Assembly: GCA_051294905.1 (NCBI GenBank)
Contig: CM119371.1
Coordinates: 28,212,001 to 28,276,000 of the forward strand
DNA: 64,000 nucleotides
Direction of reading: 5' to 3'
DNA from: Botryllus schlosseri
Lineage: Eukaryota
The translations under genes and the position numbers were made by a program. This document shows, one piece after another, positions 1-13,475 of this stretch (position 1 is its first letter; the number at the start of each line of letters is the position of its first letter). Under the pieces are notes generated by a model. The model did not search any database. It saw nothing but the letters and a program-made list of their open reading frames with translations, and had not been told where the DNA came from.

Positions 1-497
1 ATTTTCCTGTACATCATATTCTTCTAAGCGGTTTTCTAGACCGCTGAAAATACCTAGAGTTGTTCTACTTTCGCCTTTTCGAACACCCAGTTTGATTTTT
101 GCCAGACAAATTGAAATTATACGATATATACAGTCTACATCGAAAATCGGAATTAATAATTATTTATTAATTATTTAATATTGACTGTAAACAAGAACAC
201 GATAGGAATAATTCAATCTGGGCGTTCAAAATGTACCAAAATACTATTTTAAATCTTCGCAATTGGAATTGGGTCACTTAAATTCAAATCAGTAGATATA
301 TAAATTATATAGTCTGTATCTACAAAAGAAAGCCTATCCTCCATACAGTGAAAACTGGAAATTTTTTGTGCGGGAGGTTTTTGTTCAAACAGTCTTAACT
401 TTTGTGAGTTTTGAAATCAGGACACAAAAGCTCATCATTTGTGACTACAGGCCACACAAAATTTTGAAATTTTTTTTCTAGTCATAACCCTACTGTG
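1..497. mobile_element. Possible end of a Transib-like DNA element running off the window
   Basis: Ends ...tttttttctagtcataaccctactgtg, which reads CACAGTAGG on the minus strand (a CAC-type terminus). The partner end is not in the window. Confidence 0.3.
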
Positions 498-1652
498 CAG
501 TGTGCAATGCACTGTGCATGCATATTTTCTGTACCACCACCATTGCCGTCTGTTGGTTATGTATTTTGGTGGGATGAAAATAAAGACTCTCTCTTTCACA
601 CACTCTCTTTCACGTTCACACGAAACAGAACCTTTCAGGGGTTCGCACCATCCCCAGTACCGAAGATCTCAAATTTGGATTTTGACATTGCGGGATAATC
701 ATCGATCGCATACTGCAATAACATTAGATCATATTTGGGTTTGCGTGAACCCCTGCGCCGCTTCGCATGTACGCAGTATGATGTCACGTTGATAAATAAT
801 TTTTGCAAAAAGTACCAGTTGATACTAACGACAATCGTATGAGAGTGAGTATTATACGTTCTATATCCAATACAACTAAGCGTTGTGAGAGGCAACGACC
901 ATGTCCACTCACCTTCAAGTATTTTACGGCAGTATATACATGCCACTGTTTTCCGGGGTAGAAATTCTGTAGTGCGAACCAATGTAATGCATTAATTTCC
1001 ATGTTCATACGATGCCATGCCTTCTTAGTATTGCCCTGTCAGTCACTTTAGTTAGCCCGGCCAACGTACGATTGTGATAGGGAATTACGGTACGATATTA
1101 TGAATATTCCGTACCGGTACGATACGGCATTTAGTTATTACCTTTTCTCTCGTAATGAGGAAAATTGAATGTACCAAGTACCACATTCCAGAAATACTAT
1201 ACCGTACCTCGTACCAGGACCTTATTGTCGTTTTTGCATCGATCATATATCATATTTATAATACTGCAATCGCGTGGCAGTGTGCATTTAATGAGCTAAT
1301 AAATATTTTGTCATTGCTGCCTCATAAGATAACAAATATCACAGCCGTTTTGGAATAGCGATTGCTCGGACATTTATTCAACTCTTTTGAATTAATGTGA
1401 GCGCCGGTATGGCGCCATATATCTATTTGATATTATACAATGTACTCTGCCGCGTTATGCCAATTTACATTGTGTATTTAGCCCTCGTAAATTTACCTAA
1501 AATATGCCAGTAAACTATTCCAGTCAGTTATGTCAACATGTATGCAATAGTTAATAGCAAGTGAGATCTACTTTTAATTTTTTGTGGGTAGACAAATTAC
1601 AAAATATATTGGTTCAAGTTGGTTACAAAATCATCATCGCTATGAATTATAC

Positions 1653-2538
1653 CAGGGGCGGGCAACATACGGCCCGCGGGCCGGATCCGGCCCGCGATGA
1701 GATTTTGTCCGGCCCGCGGACAGTTTTCCGCCTTACATGATAATGTGGCCCGTGGCCACAGTCTTCCGAGTTTCCCCACTACTTGGTTACATGCATCAAA
1801 TTTTAGTGACTTTTTATCATCAATATTCAATATACACATGTATGCGCAGCAAGCGAGGGTGGAGCTTACGCGCAAGTTCGTCGACGCCAGAAGACTTTCA
1901 ATATCGGTATTTACGATGTACTCAACCCTAATTTCATTTGTAGTAATCATGGTGCTTGTCGACTACAATGATCATTTACACCACGCCGATATTTCTTATT
2001 TTTGATTCCGTAACCGTAGTCTTGTAGCACGGCACAGTTCTAGCCTTTTGTAAGACACCGCTTATGCCAGGGGCCACCGACTTGAAATTGGTCGCGGGCC
2101 ACTTTCAAATTCCGAGGCCGCGGGCAGCATGAATTCAATATCGAAATAAAATAGGTCACACAGTTGAACCAGCACGCTTTTTTCGTCATCTACTCAACCC
2201 TAATGAATTAATATTTGGTAAATTTAAGGTCTCGGGCTTATCGAACGGATTAAAATCTTTATTAAGGATTGCACACTGTGTTGATTGGTCAGAGAGAAGC
2301 AGACATGGCGGCGCCTGTATGACAATGCTGTTCTCAAATCCACGCTGTCTTCGTCATTATTTGCGAGAAATGGCTTTAAAGTTACATTGCCGTCGTTAAA
2401 ATACATTCATTAAATACGAGTTATTCCTTGTATATATGGATAAATGGGCGAATAACAATGTATCAATTCAGCATCCGGCCCGCCAAGTACTTAATTTTCC
2501 TTATCCGGCCCGCCGACTGGAAAAATTGCCCGCCCCTG
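1653..2538. mobile_element. hAT/Charlie-type MITE (CAGGGGCGGGCAA TIR, CGGCCCGC repeats)
   Basis: TIRs caggggcgggcaa / ttgcccgcccctg. TSD not conserved. Related copies near 11586 and 49406. Confidence 0.78.
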
Positions 2539-2769
2539 TTATATGTGATTTTAGAAATTGGGAATTGGAAAATACATATTTTTGTCCTTGGTTTTGCGGC
2601 ATATGCGCCGATTCATAATATAAATAAACACATTCTATGCATACTATAAATGCATGGTGTGCATATGCCGCTGGACAAGGATGGTGCAGAAAAAGCCTTG
2701 TATTCCTTGTAATCCTCATAAGTTTTGCAACATTCCCCCGTGTACTCCCGGAAATGCGGAGCGTCTAAC

Positions 2770-2835
2770 CCGGCGGGGGCTTGAACTCAGGATCGACTGA
2801 TCAACAAACTGAGCGCTCCACCATTACGCTATATG
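2770..2835 (-). mobile_element. tRNA-derived SINE head
   Basis: Minus strand has A-box TAGCGTAATGG and B-box GAGTTCAAGCC at tRNA-like spacing, without a convincing cloverleaf. Confidence 0.55.
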
Positions 2836-3737
2836 TTGTCAGTTATTCGTCTCACATTTGAAGAGACAAGGTTTCATAGCCGACAATCATACTGCGAGCT
2901 CACTCGAAAATTTGCAAGTTAACCAACATTTTATAATTCCTGGTGTGTCATTGCCCGTAGATGGCTAGCGCTGATATGATGGTCGCACGGGATGCACACC
3001 CCTAGACTGACGCATCTCAACCAATGTTCCGTCTAAGCTGCGCACCTGCGTAATAGCGCAGTGCTGAAACAGTCCCTGCGCACAGAAAATCTAATCTGCG
3101 CTCCAAAATTCCAAAGTGATGACCTTTTTTTAGTCGTTACGCACTGCTGTCCGAGGGACCGCGCAGTGAGTTGGTGATTGTGCGTAGACTCGTGAAAAAT
3201 TAGAGGGAACATTGATCTCAACTGCCTCAAGCGACACCAAGAATATTGCAGCACATTCCTATTGCGAAAACAAGTTATCCTCATTAATCTAAATTAAGCG
3301 TATTTTCTCATACGGTCGCTTTTGCATACCTTAGCTATCACAGTGCGCCGCAACTAATTTATTAGTCATCGAAATCCTAAATTTCACGGTCATGCTAATT
3401 ATGTTATTGGTTTACTTGCAGGTTGACGATAAATTACGTGGGCTATTCATTTTGATACTATAGATTATTTCGAAACCTACCGCGTGGGCCATTCAAAATC
3501 ACTTCGTTGGCCACTGGCTGGTCAGATCTGCTGTAGGCAAAACCACTTACTCCATAAAATCTGGATTGTGAAAAGTAAAAAGTAGTTTTCCGATAAGTTT
3601 GCATCTATTGTATGTGCGAAATCGTCAGAAAAACCGCGTGAAATAGCGATCACGGTAGCTGCTGGATCTATATCCGTGTATAATTTACTATTTGCAGCGT
3701 CATTTTGAGAAGGTGGATCATGAAAATATGTTGGGTA

Positions 3738-4328
3738 CAGGGTTGTAACCAAGTAACAAGGCTCCGAGTCACAACTCACAAGTCAATCTCACTTTCATAT
3801 TTTTGACTCGAGTCAAGTCAAGTCATTTTCAATTCCTACCGAGTCAAGTCCAAGTCCAAGTCAGCGAACAGAGGATCGAGTCCGAGTCATGGTATTATGA
3901 CTCGAGTCCGAGTCCAAGTCATTGTGTTGACTGCTCAGTTTCCAGTTAAAATCTTCCTAAACTCACTTTTTTAACTCTGTTTGGTGATATTGAATGGTTC
4001 GCATTTAAAATATATCAATTTTCCTCACTTTTAGTAGTTTCTGGTCCCTTTTTAAAGCACCAGTACCAACAAACGAAATCCCAATAATGTGTTGGCTTCG
4101 AAATTACAATGAAATGTCGGTCTTAGCCGTCTGAATCTCGAGTCAATGACTTGCTTCGAGTCATGCGCAATGACTCGAGTCCAAGTCGAGTCAATACACA
4201 GATTGACTCGAGTCGAGTCGAGTCATTTCTGTATTTTGAGAAAATGACTCGAGTCGAGTCGAGTCATCCGAAAATCGTGACTCGAGTCTGACTCGAGTCG
4301 AGTCATGACTCGAGTCATTACAACCCTG
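3738..4328 (+). mobile_element. hAT-type MITE family A (CAGGGTTGTAA TIR, GACTCGAGTC repeats)
   Basis: TIRs cagggttgtaa / ttacaaccctg. Perfect TSD GTTGGGTA. Confidence 0.92.
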
Positions 4329-5545
4329 GTTGGGTATCTCCCCATTTCGAATGTAGCCACCAACGATTAATTGCCAAAAATTAACAAAGTATACTTTTCG
4401 AGACTGCATAATTGAAAAATTCTCAGGGCATTCTCCTTCTAGTCGTTTGAAGTAATACCGACGCGTTTTGTAAATTGCTATATCTGCTGGTAATTTAATA
4501 GAAATTGACTTTTACTTCATCGAGTAGTAATGCGGACTACTTTGACCACCGCTGCTTATACTTGCAAGAATGCCGATGCCATTTTACCAATGATAGTACT
4601 GACATAGATATTATGGGCCTGACCCAAATTCAATGTGCGAGCATCCTGCCTAATTGAGGTGATAAGCGCAATGCCACACGTTTCGATGCCTCCAGCAGGC
4701 ACTACCTGGCTTAGATATATCTCTAACGGTTACTCAAATTCACAATCATCTCGCACTTTATTTCGATGGGTTCACGCTGTTCTAGAGGGCCAATAGATAC
4801 TGATGCATTCAAGTGAATAAATAATACGTCGATATCCATTTCCAATAACTTCATGTCAACGAGCAACAGAAGAAAAAAATACAAATTACGTCTTCACAGT
4901 TGCTGGGCCAACAAAGCTAAACGCTTTGTTTGTTTCATTGGAGGAGCTTCTTGGAGGTACAGAATTTCACTATACAATTGAATAGTATATTTATAATGAA
5001 ATATACCCGAATATTGTCGGCTGATACTCGTCAGGGGTATTCGTCAGCAGCTTGGAGAGTTGGAAAAAACATTGTATATCAAAGTCAAAGACCAGGCTCA
5101 TAACTGTTGGTTGAAATAAAGCCGGTGATGAGCGAAGATTGACTTTACAACGGATCGATATCATTAAACATTCGTCAGCATTACCGTGATAAGCTGTCCA
5201 TTGTCCCGGATTAGCGTGTCAAATATTTACAATGAAGCAAATAAATCACATTCAAAACACCGATACAAAAGCCCAGCAATGAGCCACGGCAAAGCCATAT
5301 TGCGGTAGGGTACCTAGAATGTTGATCAAGTCACTCTGATAGGTAGTCGAATGATAGTCAATATCTGGGTGGATACGTCGATATGAAAGTGCTTGTCTAT
5401 GCTCGTTTATATATGCGACATGTTTGAGGGCGACAGAATATGAGAGTGATTCTTCGATTTCAGTAGCCAAGGAACGTTTTGCAATGGATGCGAAAATGGT
5501 CACTACAGCATTTTTTCAAACTCATCAATTGACATGTCTTGTGAC

Positions 5546-6041
5546 TAAGGATGGACACAATGATTCGAGTACTCGAATCTGAATCGAGTATTAATTTCAA
5601 TGATTCGAGTCGAGTAGTATATAACATTTTTTTCAAGTACTGAAATTATATTCTCCTCAGAACTGAAAGTTAATTTATCAACGAAAATTATAGTTCCGAT
5701 GCTCTTTTTCGCTGCGAAAGCCTTGAAACCTCGATTTCCCGTATTGCAACACACGAAACAGTACAAAGCTACCAGTGTTACTGGAAATAAATCATTTCTG
5801 AAGTCATGATCATCCCACAACATGCAACAGTGCAATGAGATCGGTATGGTCGAAAAAATATTGACGTACCTTTAACGTGATGGATAAGAGGTAATATATT
5901 ATTTGTGGTGGCATAAAAGGTACATATTTGAACTTTGACATATTACATACTGTTATGACATAGTATTGAGTATTACTCGAATACTCGACTCGACTCGAAG
6001 CAGAATCGAATCACTCAGGTACTCGATTTTGCCCACCCCTA
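5546..6041. mobile_element. hAT-type MITE with TACTCGA repeats
   Basis: TIRs taaggatgg / ccaccccta. Perfect TSD CTTGTGAC. Confidence 0.8.
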
Positions 6042-7764
6042 CTTGTGACCTCAATGTAGTGATCAGCACAATATTGGCGGGTTCGTCTCAGACCACACTT
6101 CCGTATTTGCGAACTTTCATATTTAAACTTATGGTCGCAAAAATGGCACCTACATACAGACTAATGGGATCTTATGATGTGCAAATTATACTGAGCTTTG
6201 AGACTGCCACCTGACATATCACTCTCAGCCATTGCTATACGCGCGGGACCGACGTCTATATATCTCCGTGCAGTAACAAAGTTACCTATTTCTGAGGAGA
6301 ATTGATTGATATATTAAGGTCTGTGGGGGAAATTGGTTCCTGAGCTTCGGTAATTCTGTGAGTATCTCCACAATAGTTAGTGCAAAAGCTAGGCAAATAC
6401 GGACACAAAGTGAATTGGGATGTATTATAATCTTGCCGACGAGCTGTTGTTATCATAGCATCAATCAATAAGACATTTCGTTGAAATCACACAGTTGTGA
6501 TTGACATTTTACGAATTATACGATGCGACCTCTATTTATCGACTATACTTGCCTACTCCAGCAGTATCTTAAATGTGGAAAAAATAGATAGGGACTTTCC
6601 AATGCAACTCTTATCGAGTCGAAACTGCAACCTATTAACACCGGATTTTCACTGATTCCGACATGCAGGCGGGGCCTAAAATCGATGGTACCTCTACGAT
6701 GATCGGCAAGCCTTCGGCGAACCCTAACTTAGCTGCACGGGTCCACATATCTACCACATTAGCCACCAAATACCTTAATGTGGAATACTACTGAAGAAAT
6801 ATAAAGACGCATAAATAACGGTGTAAAAAAACTTTTAAAGCATAATTTGTAAGCAACACAAAACATATTTGGCTACTATAGATATCTATTTACTTCAAAT
6901 CGATGTGACTTCTGCTGTATGAGTCGGGTGTACGTTCTGCTTCCTCTGAACCCCTTAAAACCCGGAGAACCTCTGTCATTCGTTTGAAAACCACCAATCA
7001 AAATGAAATGTATATTGTCAAATAAATTTCACTTCATTGCTGCTTCGTAAAGAAACTAACAGTAAATCAGTTTGGAATAGGGCAGAGGTTTTTAAACCTT
7101 TTATAATCGCGACTCCAAAGCTTGATTTGGAAATGTTCTCGCGACACACATCTCGATTTGGCGTGCTGATTTCCAATGTATTATTTAGCACCTCCGTCTA
7201 AACCTGTGGTCCCAAACCTTCTTGAAACTCAGAGCTACGTAAGGGGCATTTATTAATTGGAAGGGCTACGAGTTACTCCCACCCACTACCCGGGTCAGTT
7301 TGAATTCATTCACCCTAACCTTCAGAGCAATGGGCTGGGATTCCGTTCCTTACCATGTAAATATCACTCGTCCCAGACCAGTGTCTCGAAGTTCATTTGC
7401 ACCGTAGTGCCCGTCTCCACGGCGAGGCTTGGGAATACTAAGTACATTAACTATCGGATCCGGCAGGGGCAAAGACGATAAACGCTCTCGATCGGAAATT
7501 TCGCTCGCATGTTGCTTAGGGTCGATTGGCCCATATTCAATTGCTGGCATGCAAAATTGTTTCATTGTGCCATAGCTCTAAATATTCCCCGTACAATTAA
7601 GTATTATTTCTTCCGAAATACCCTTCCTTTTTCATATGTTATAAGTTGGTATAACATAGACAAGCCTCGGATATTCTCTAATATATGAATCAAAAAAGCA
7701 TGATATATGTCCCTTCCTGTATAAATGATATTTGCCTAAAAACGATAAAAGTGTAGCTCCTGTG

Positions 7765-8418
7765 CAGGGGGGCCAACTCAAAACGGATCGCGGGAAACTT
7801 TTCAAATTTCGAAGAATGCAATATCAGACAAAATAAGCGACACAGTTAGGAAATCACGTTTTATAAAATTACTTCAGTACAACGGTGTGCTCTCTATAAC
7901 ATGAGCGATGGGCATAGTTATCGCTAAAGTAAGTAATATTCTATTAAAGAAGCTTATAAGCTGCGCATGATACCTGACAACGCTTATCAGCGACTAAAGA
8001 ATCGATATTGGGGCTAGCGATACACATTACTGGCTGAAAGACTGTCACTTTCTAAAGCTTGATCTTATGAGGACCGAAGCACTAAGTCGTTTTCTAAGCG
8101 TCTTGGTCTTGGCAGTGTGTGGGCAATTACACGTCAAGGCAATATTAATATTCATATCAGCTGATTCTGTCGATCGAATGATGTTTCCATAATCAAAACT
8201 AACCGAAGCTGTTTCAGCTAGTGAAGAATTATGATGTTGGGCACAAGAGAACAGCATATTTTGAAATATCAATGTTTTGAAACTGAAATCAATCTCAGCA
8301 TCACAAAGTGCTTTACTTTACATAGCGTTCGTCCAAAATCTCATATCAGTTCGCGTGCCGCAAAATATGACCTGGCGGGAAGCTTGCGTCCCGGGGGCCG
8401 CGAGTTGTTGACTCCATG
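7765..8418. mobile_element. hAT/Charlie-type MITE
   Basis: Starts caggggggccaactc and ends gagttgttgactccatg. Perfect TSD CTCCTGTG. Confidence 0.75.
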
Positions 8419-8643
8419 CTCCTGTGTATGCAAATAATACAGAGATGTAAACATTTTCTCACTACACGCTATTCTGATGGACAAACAACAGCAACTCTAG
8501 CACCGCTAATGAACGGTGGTCAGAATTGAAATTGAGGGAGTAGTCAAATAGCATATGTCTACAATCTACATCAGTAATTCCCAAGCGCGGCACCCAGCTA
8601 ACCTAGGTCCTAGTCCGTGAATACTTGACTGATGCATGTAGAT

Positions 8644-9007
8644 CAGTGGTTCCCAACCTTTTTCGACCCATCGCCCCCTTTTCAAGGTCAATACCGATCA
8701 TCGCCACCCAAATTTTGTGTACCGAAAATTGGGCATACAAACTGTAATCAGCGGTGGGTTGACTAAAAAAAAAAGTCAAATTTTGGGATCGATGTCTAAT
8801 TTGACACACTTTTGTAACTAAATTTCCGTGGGTTGACTAAAAAAAAAGGTCAGCCGATTTGAAGCGTCATCGCCCCCTTCGCCATTTTCGCCCCCCGTCG
8901 CCCCCTTTGTCTATTTTCGCCCCCCTGTCGCCCCCTTCGTCATTTTCGCGCCCCTAGACTGCCAAATCGCCCCCTGGGGGCGATATCGCCCACGTTGGGA
9001 ACCACTG
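8644..9007. mobile_element. hAT/Charlie-type MITE with TCGCCCCC subterminal repeats
   Basis: Perfect TIR cagtggttcccaac / gttgggaaccactg. TSD not conserved. Confidence 0.8.
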
Positions 9008-9858
9008 GACTAGGACTTTACTTGCACTCCTCATTAAAGATTTGTTCGACCAAAGCGACTGAGCTACTTATTACTAATATATTTTTGATTTCGTCAAGTG
9101 GGAAGCGGCGTTTTGTAATAGCCTATCTGCTCCAATTTTACAAGTGATGTTACCACTTACAAAACGAAATGATTCAATTACTCTTTCACATTATCATGGG
9201 ATAATTTGAAAAATTACACCAATTTGTGATTGCATCGGAAATTTTGTGCTAGTCATGAAGATGCATCTTGCAATGTTTTTCCTCTATGCAACTCAATTGC
9301 AATTTGCAAATAATGTCCAGTTTTATCAACATCGTTACTAATAACAGTGGTCGTGGATACATGCAAATCCTATTTTTTTTATTCTGAGTAATTTCAAGAG
9401 ACCTTCGAAATAACTTGCTTTCATATTAAAGAACTTGGTGTCGGAGTCAGGAGCATTTTCACAAATTCCGACTTCAGCCAGCATTTTTTTATGACTCCAG
9501 CTCCGACTCCTAGTGCTAAAAAAATGAGACTCCGAATCTATTACGTAAAAAATTAGCGAAACTGATACTCCGACTACACCGACTGCGATTCCACAACCTT
9601 GGTCGTGACCCCTAGGCTGGGAACCCCTGTACCATACATTTATCCAGCATATATATATATATTCAGTTTGAAAGCATACTATTTATCGGCGCTCATATAT
9701 ATATTTGACATTCACCCATTTTTGGTGGAGTGTTTATTATACTCTACCGCTTGCGGCAAATTACACTGTGTATTAGGAGCTCGCAAATGTAACGACAATA
9801 TACCAGAGAAATTGTCAAGTCTATTGTGTCAAGAGTAAGCGCCAATTAAAGGTATGTC

Positions 9859-11193
9859 GGCAAAATTTTGTTCCCGGTTACCATGTGATAGGAGTCAGGA
9901 TTGATGTGATTGTACAGCTCTGGACGACTATACACAGCGGTAATCAGGTTCTCATCTTTCATAATATTCATTTGTTTTACAACTGAAAATAGCATAAATT
10001 CAAATGATTAATCACTGCAACTTCAGAAAGTGCGATGTCCCGATCACTACAGACCTGCTGCGGTAGCTTAGAGGATAGAAACTACGCTACGCATGAAAGC
10101 GAACGCGTGCAAGTTCTCACTGTTTTTCTCTTTCTGCCCCTCCCTCATTTTTTCTCGTCCCTCTTCTCTCTCGCACGCATCCGTTTGAGAAGAGAAAAAA
10201 GGAGAGAAAGAGACGGATGCGTTTACGGATCGTCTATTCCCGGCTTGAGTCGTCATTGAATAGCAGATATTTTAAAATAACTTTATATATCAGAGGTTCT
10301 TAAAGTAAGGTTCGTGAAGGGTATAAATTTGGGTCGACCTTCTAATATGTTTTTATTATTTCTTGAAATTCTTGCTACAAAGATTTTCGTCGGGCTTCAT
10401 GCGATCTCTTGAGAATGCTTTTTTCCTTATCCAGAGTTACCATATGTGGTGCGGTATAATCAATATGCGAGACACATAAAGAGTGATGACGACAATGGCT
10501 TGATCATAAAATGCGCCGATCTTCGTATTAAACAAATTGGTTTATTGTGATGATGATAATTATTTGATATTGGATTCTTCGGAAAGCTTTAACTTTCGAG
10601 GCTGATACTCATGCAGGGTATAGAAAGTGAGGATGAGTGGGGTCGTAACTGCCGCAGCCAACGCATTTTTTGAATACGCATAACTTAGAGACATCATTCT
10701 AACTGAATTCGAAGTTGGGAAAGAACGGTATATTCCTAGTATCGCATAACGCTATTGGAGACCGCTGGGATCATGTAGTCTAGGGTTGTACGACGTGCGT
10801 GACCTTTAAGCCTGGAATAGACGATCCGTAAGCGCGTCCGTCTCTTTCTCTCCTTATTTCTCTTCTCAAACGATTGCGTGCGAGAGAGAAGAGGGACGAT
10901 GAAAAAATGAGGAGCAGAAAGAACAAAAGTGTGAGAACTCGCACGCGTTCGCTTTCACGTATTTTCCATCCGCTCAGCTGCGTCGGCAGGTCTGTAGTGA
11001 TCGGGACATCGCACTTTCTGAAGTTGCAGTGATTAATCATGCGATTTTATGCGATTTTCAGTTGTAAAACAAAGCGAATAATATAAAAGATGAGAATCTA
11101 ATTACCGCTGTGTATAGTCGTGCAGAGCGTACATTGTGTACAATCACACCAATCCAGTCTATCATAACAAGGTAGCCAGGGACACAATTTGGC
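9859..11193. repeat. ~390-bp inverted repeat pair (about 9859-10246 and 10808-11193) around a ~560-bp spacer
   Basis: For example atgattaatcactgcaacttcagaaagtgcgatgtcccgatcactacagacctgc occurs once on each strand. Explains the near-identical ORFs 10035..10259 and 10780..11040. Confidence 0.85.
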
Positions 11194-11929
11194 GGGATAT
11201 TGTTCTGGGATTTGGACTCGAAGATATGTAAAGTATGCTGACTACGGAGTCTTTGCATGCTCGGCATTGTACACATTAACATTCAGAATCCAACGGGGAA
11301 AGACATAAAAGAAGCCGGAACACCTAAAAGTTGAGCATTTTTCTTCCTAAGGCTTGAGATTTTAAACAATTTTTTTTAAAACGGGGCATACTTCCAAACC
11401 AATGAACCCCCTAGCTCAAACACCCAAGCGAAAATAATGTCAAGCTCAATATACATTTGTGAATATCCCCAACAATCTCAACTGTGCAGGTGATGATCAT
11501 CGATTCGTGACATTCAAGGCTGAGCGCATATTGTTTACTACCTTTGCGATGACGCAATCTCACTAACTCACCAATCCTACTAAACCAGGGGCGGGCAACT
11601 TCTCTGGTCGGCGGCCCGGATATGGGGGAATGAAGCACTTGGCGGGCCGGATTACACAAACATTTTACCTCAATCGCGTATTTATCCACCTATACAAGGA
11701 ATCCATCATATTTAGTGTAAACTTCAAGTTTAAAGCATAGATTCTAAAAACAGTATTTATTGAATTTATTTACAGCAGCTATTGAAGTCAATCAGAGATC
11801 TGTGGTCGTTCAATATTGTCAACTAGCTTTTTGAACTCTGGTTACATGTCGTATGCGGAAACCCTTACTAAAGACTGTACGCGAACATCAGTTATATTGG
11901 AATGAGGCCTTCCTCGTTAATGTTCGTGG

Positions 11930-12928
11930 CAGTGTTGGGATCAAGTCACGACCTTCGAGTCACAAGTCATCTCGAGTCACTGCACATTTTGACTCGAATC
12001 AAGTCAAGTCAAGTCACCTAATTTTCAAAAGTGACTCGGGTCAATTCAAGTCAAGTCACTTGATTTTCAATAGTGACTCGTGTCAGGTCAAGTCATTCGA
12101 TTTTTGAAGGCGACTCTAGTGAAGTCAAGTCAAGTCAAGTCACGAGTCAAGTCAAGTTGAAATTTCAAAGTACTAGACATGACTCAAAGTCATTACACTT
12201 TGCTAACTGTTTTAAATACAGATGAAGTACCCATTTATTTGGAATCGACGAACGAATAAACAGTTGTTTTGAGATATTCATGCTGTTTGTCGACTACTAC
12301 GGTCAATTACACCAGGCCAATATTTTTCATATTTATTCCTCAACTGCCGACTTTTACCACGGCCCACTTCTAGGCTTTGTGTAAGACACCGCTTACGCGG
12401 ATTAAGTGGCGAGGAGTAATGGAATGAAGACTTGATTTTACTCGCAAAAGGCGCTGTATCGCTCACGCATACGCAGAACTGCTCAAGTACATAAGTATAG
12501 CTGTGTAGCCTCAGTCTTTACATATCGGCCAAAATACAGGATAACATACGAAACCCCAGAAAGTATAAAAATGATATAGTTCAATACCCTAACCACCTAC
12601 TTATCAAAGATATACAATTATAAACGTATAAGCGATATTCGTTTGATTTAAATTATATACAAAAGGGCTGGTTGAGGTAAGCAAGTTTACGACAACGTAA
12701 GCTGTTGTATAAGCTCCGATCACTGCGTTTGCGATCAATTTATTTGTGATATAACAATGGAGGTTTGGCGAACTTATACAAGATACAGCGATTTAGTCAA
12801 CATCAATTATTTGATGACTGTAAATTGACTCGTAAATTTTGCTTTGAGTTACGAGTCAATCTACATTTCTGACGCGTCGAGTCAAGTCGAGTCATACGAA
12901 AAAGGTGACCCGAGTCATCCCAATACTG
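11930..12928 (+). mobile_element. hAT-type MITE family B, nested in a CAGGGGCGGGCAA element (about 11586-13141)
   Basis: TIRs cagtgttgggat / atcccaatactg. TSD gttcgtgg / gttcatgg (7/8). Internally similar to 28871-29810. Confidence 0.85.
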
Positions 12929-13475
12929 GTTCATGGTAAAAAATGTAAGTAGATCCGAACCGAGCAAGTAGTTAAATGTCCATCTTTCTCAGGTTCACAA
13001 ACTTGGATTCGTTCTGTGACGCATAAAATTTGTCAATATATTCACAATAAAATTTCACTTTCAGAGTAAAAACTCTCGGCTGGCCGGACAAAATCCCTTC
13101 GCGAGCCGGATCTGGCCCGCGGGCCGTATGTTGCCCACATGTCCGCGAACGGTAACCTGCACTTAAAGACAAGGAATTTTGCCCGACGTGCAACTGGGCA
13201 AAGTTTGATTCCATACAATCGGTGACGATGAAGCCTTGGCCCAAAATAATCGTCACTGGTTAGCCAAAATCCTCGATATTAATACCTCCAGTATAGTCGA
13301 GATGGTCGGCACCTATTACTCCCGTCCCTGTAATCTGATCCCCGCGTAAAAATGCGGCCCGCAAGTGATATAATGGGCACCAATTTAAAATTGCGTGCGT
13401 CATACATTTTTCATGGAACTGTGTTGCGTACAACTGGCTGTCTTATCCTTATCTATTTCATACATGCCCCTGGGG

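Noticed and set aside
510..516. RSS heptamer CACTGTG next to a Transib-like end, suggesting a RAG-like system
   Set aside because: No properly spaced nonamer was noticed and no RAG or Transib coding remnant is present; a 7-mer is expected by chance.
2770..2835. Functional tRNA gene
   Set aside because: A and B boxes are present but the stems do not form a convincing cloverleaf, so it is treated as a SINE head. Weaker examples lie near 6715-6770 and 45510-45575.
3760..4320. Regular GAGTC/GACTC repeats resembling a CRISPR array or iterons
   Set aside because: There is no repeat-spacer periodicity and no cas genes. The repeats sit inside TIR- and TSD-bounded eukaryotic MITEs.
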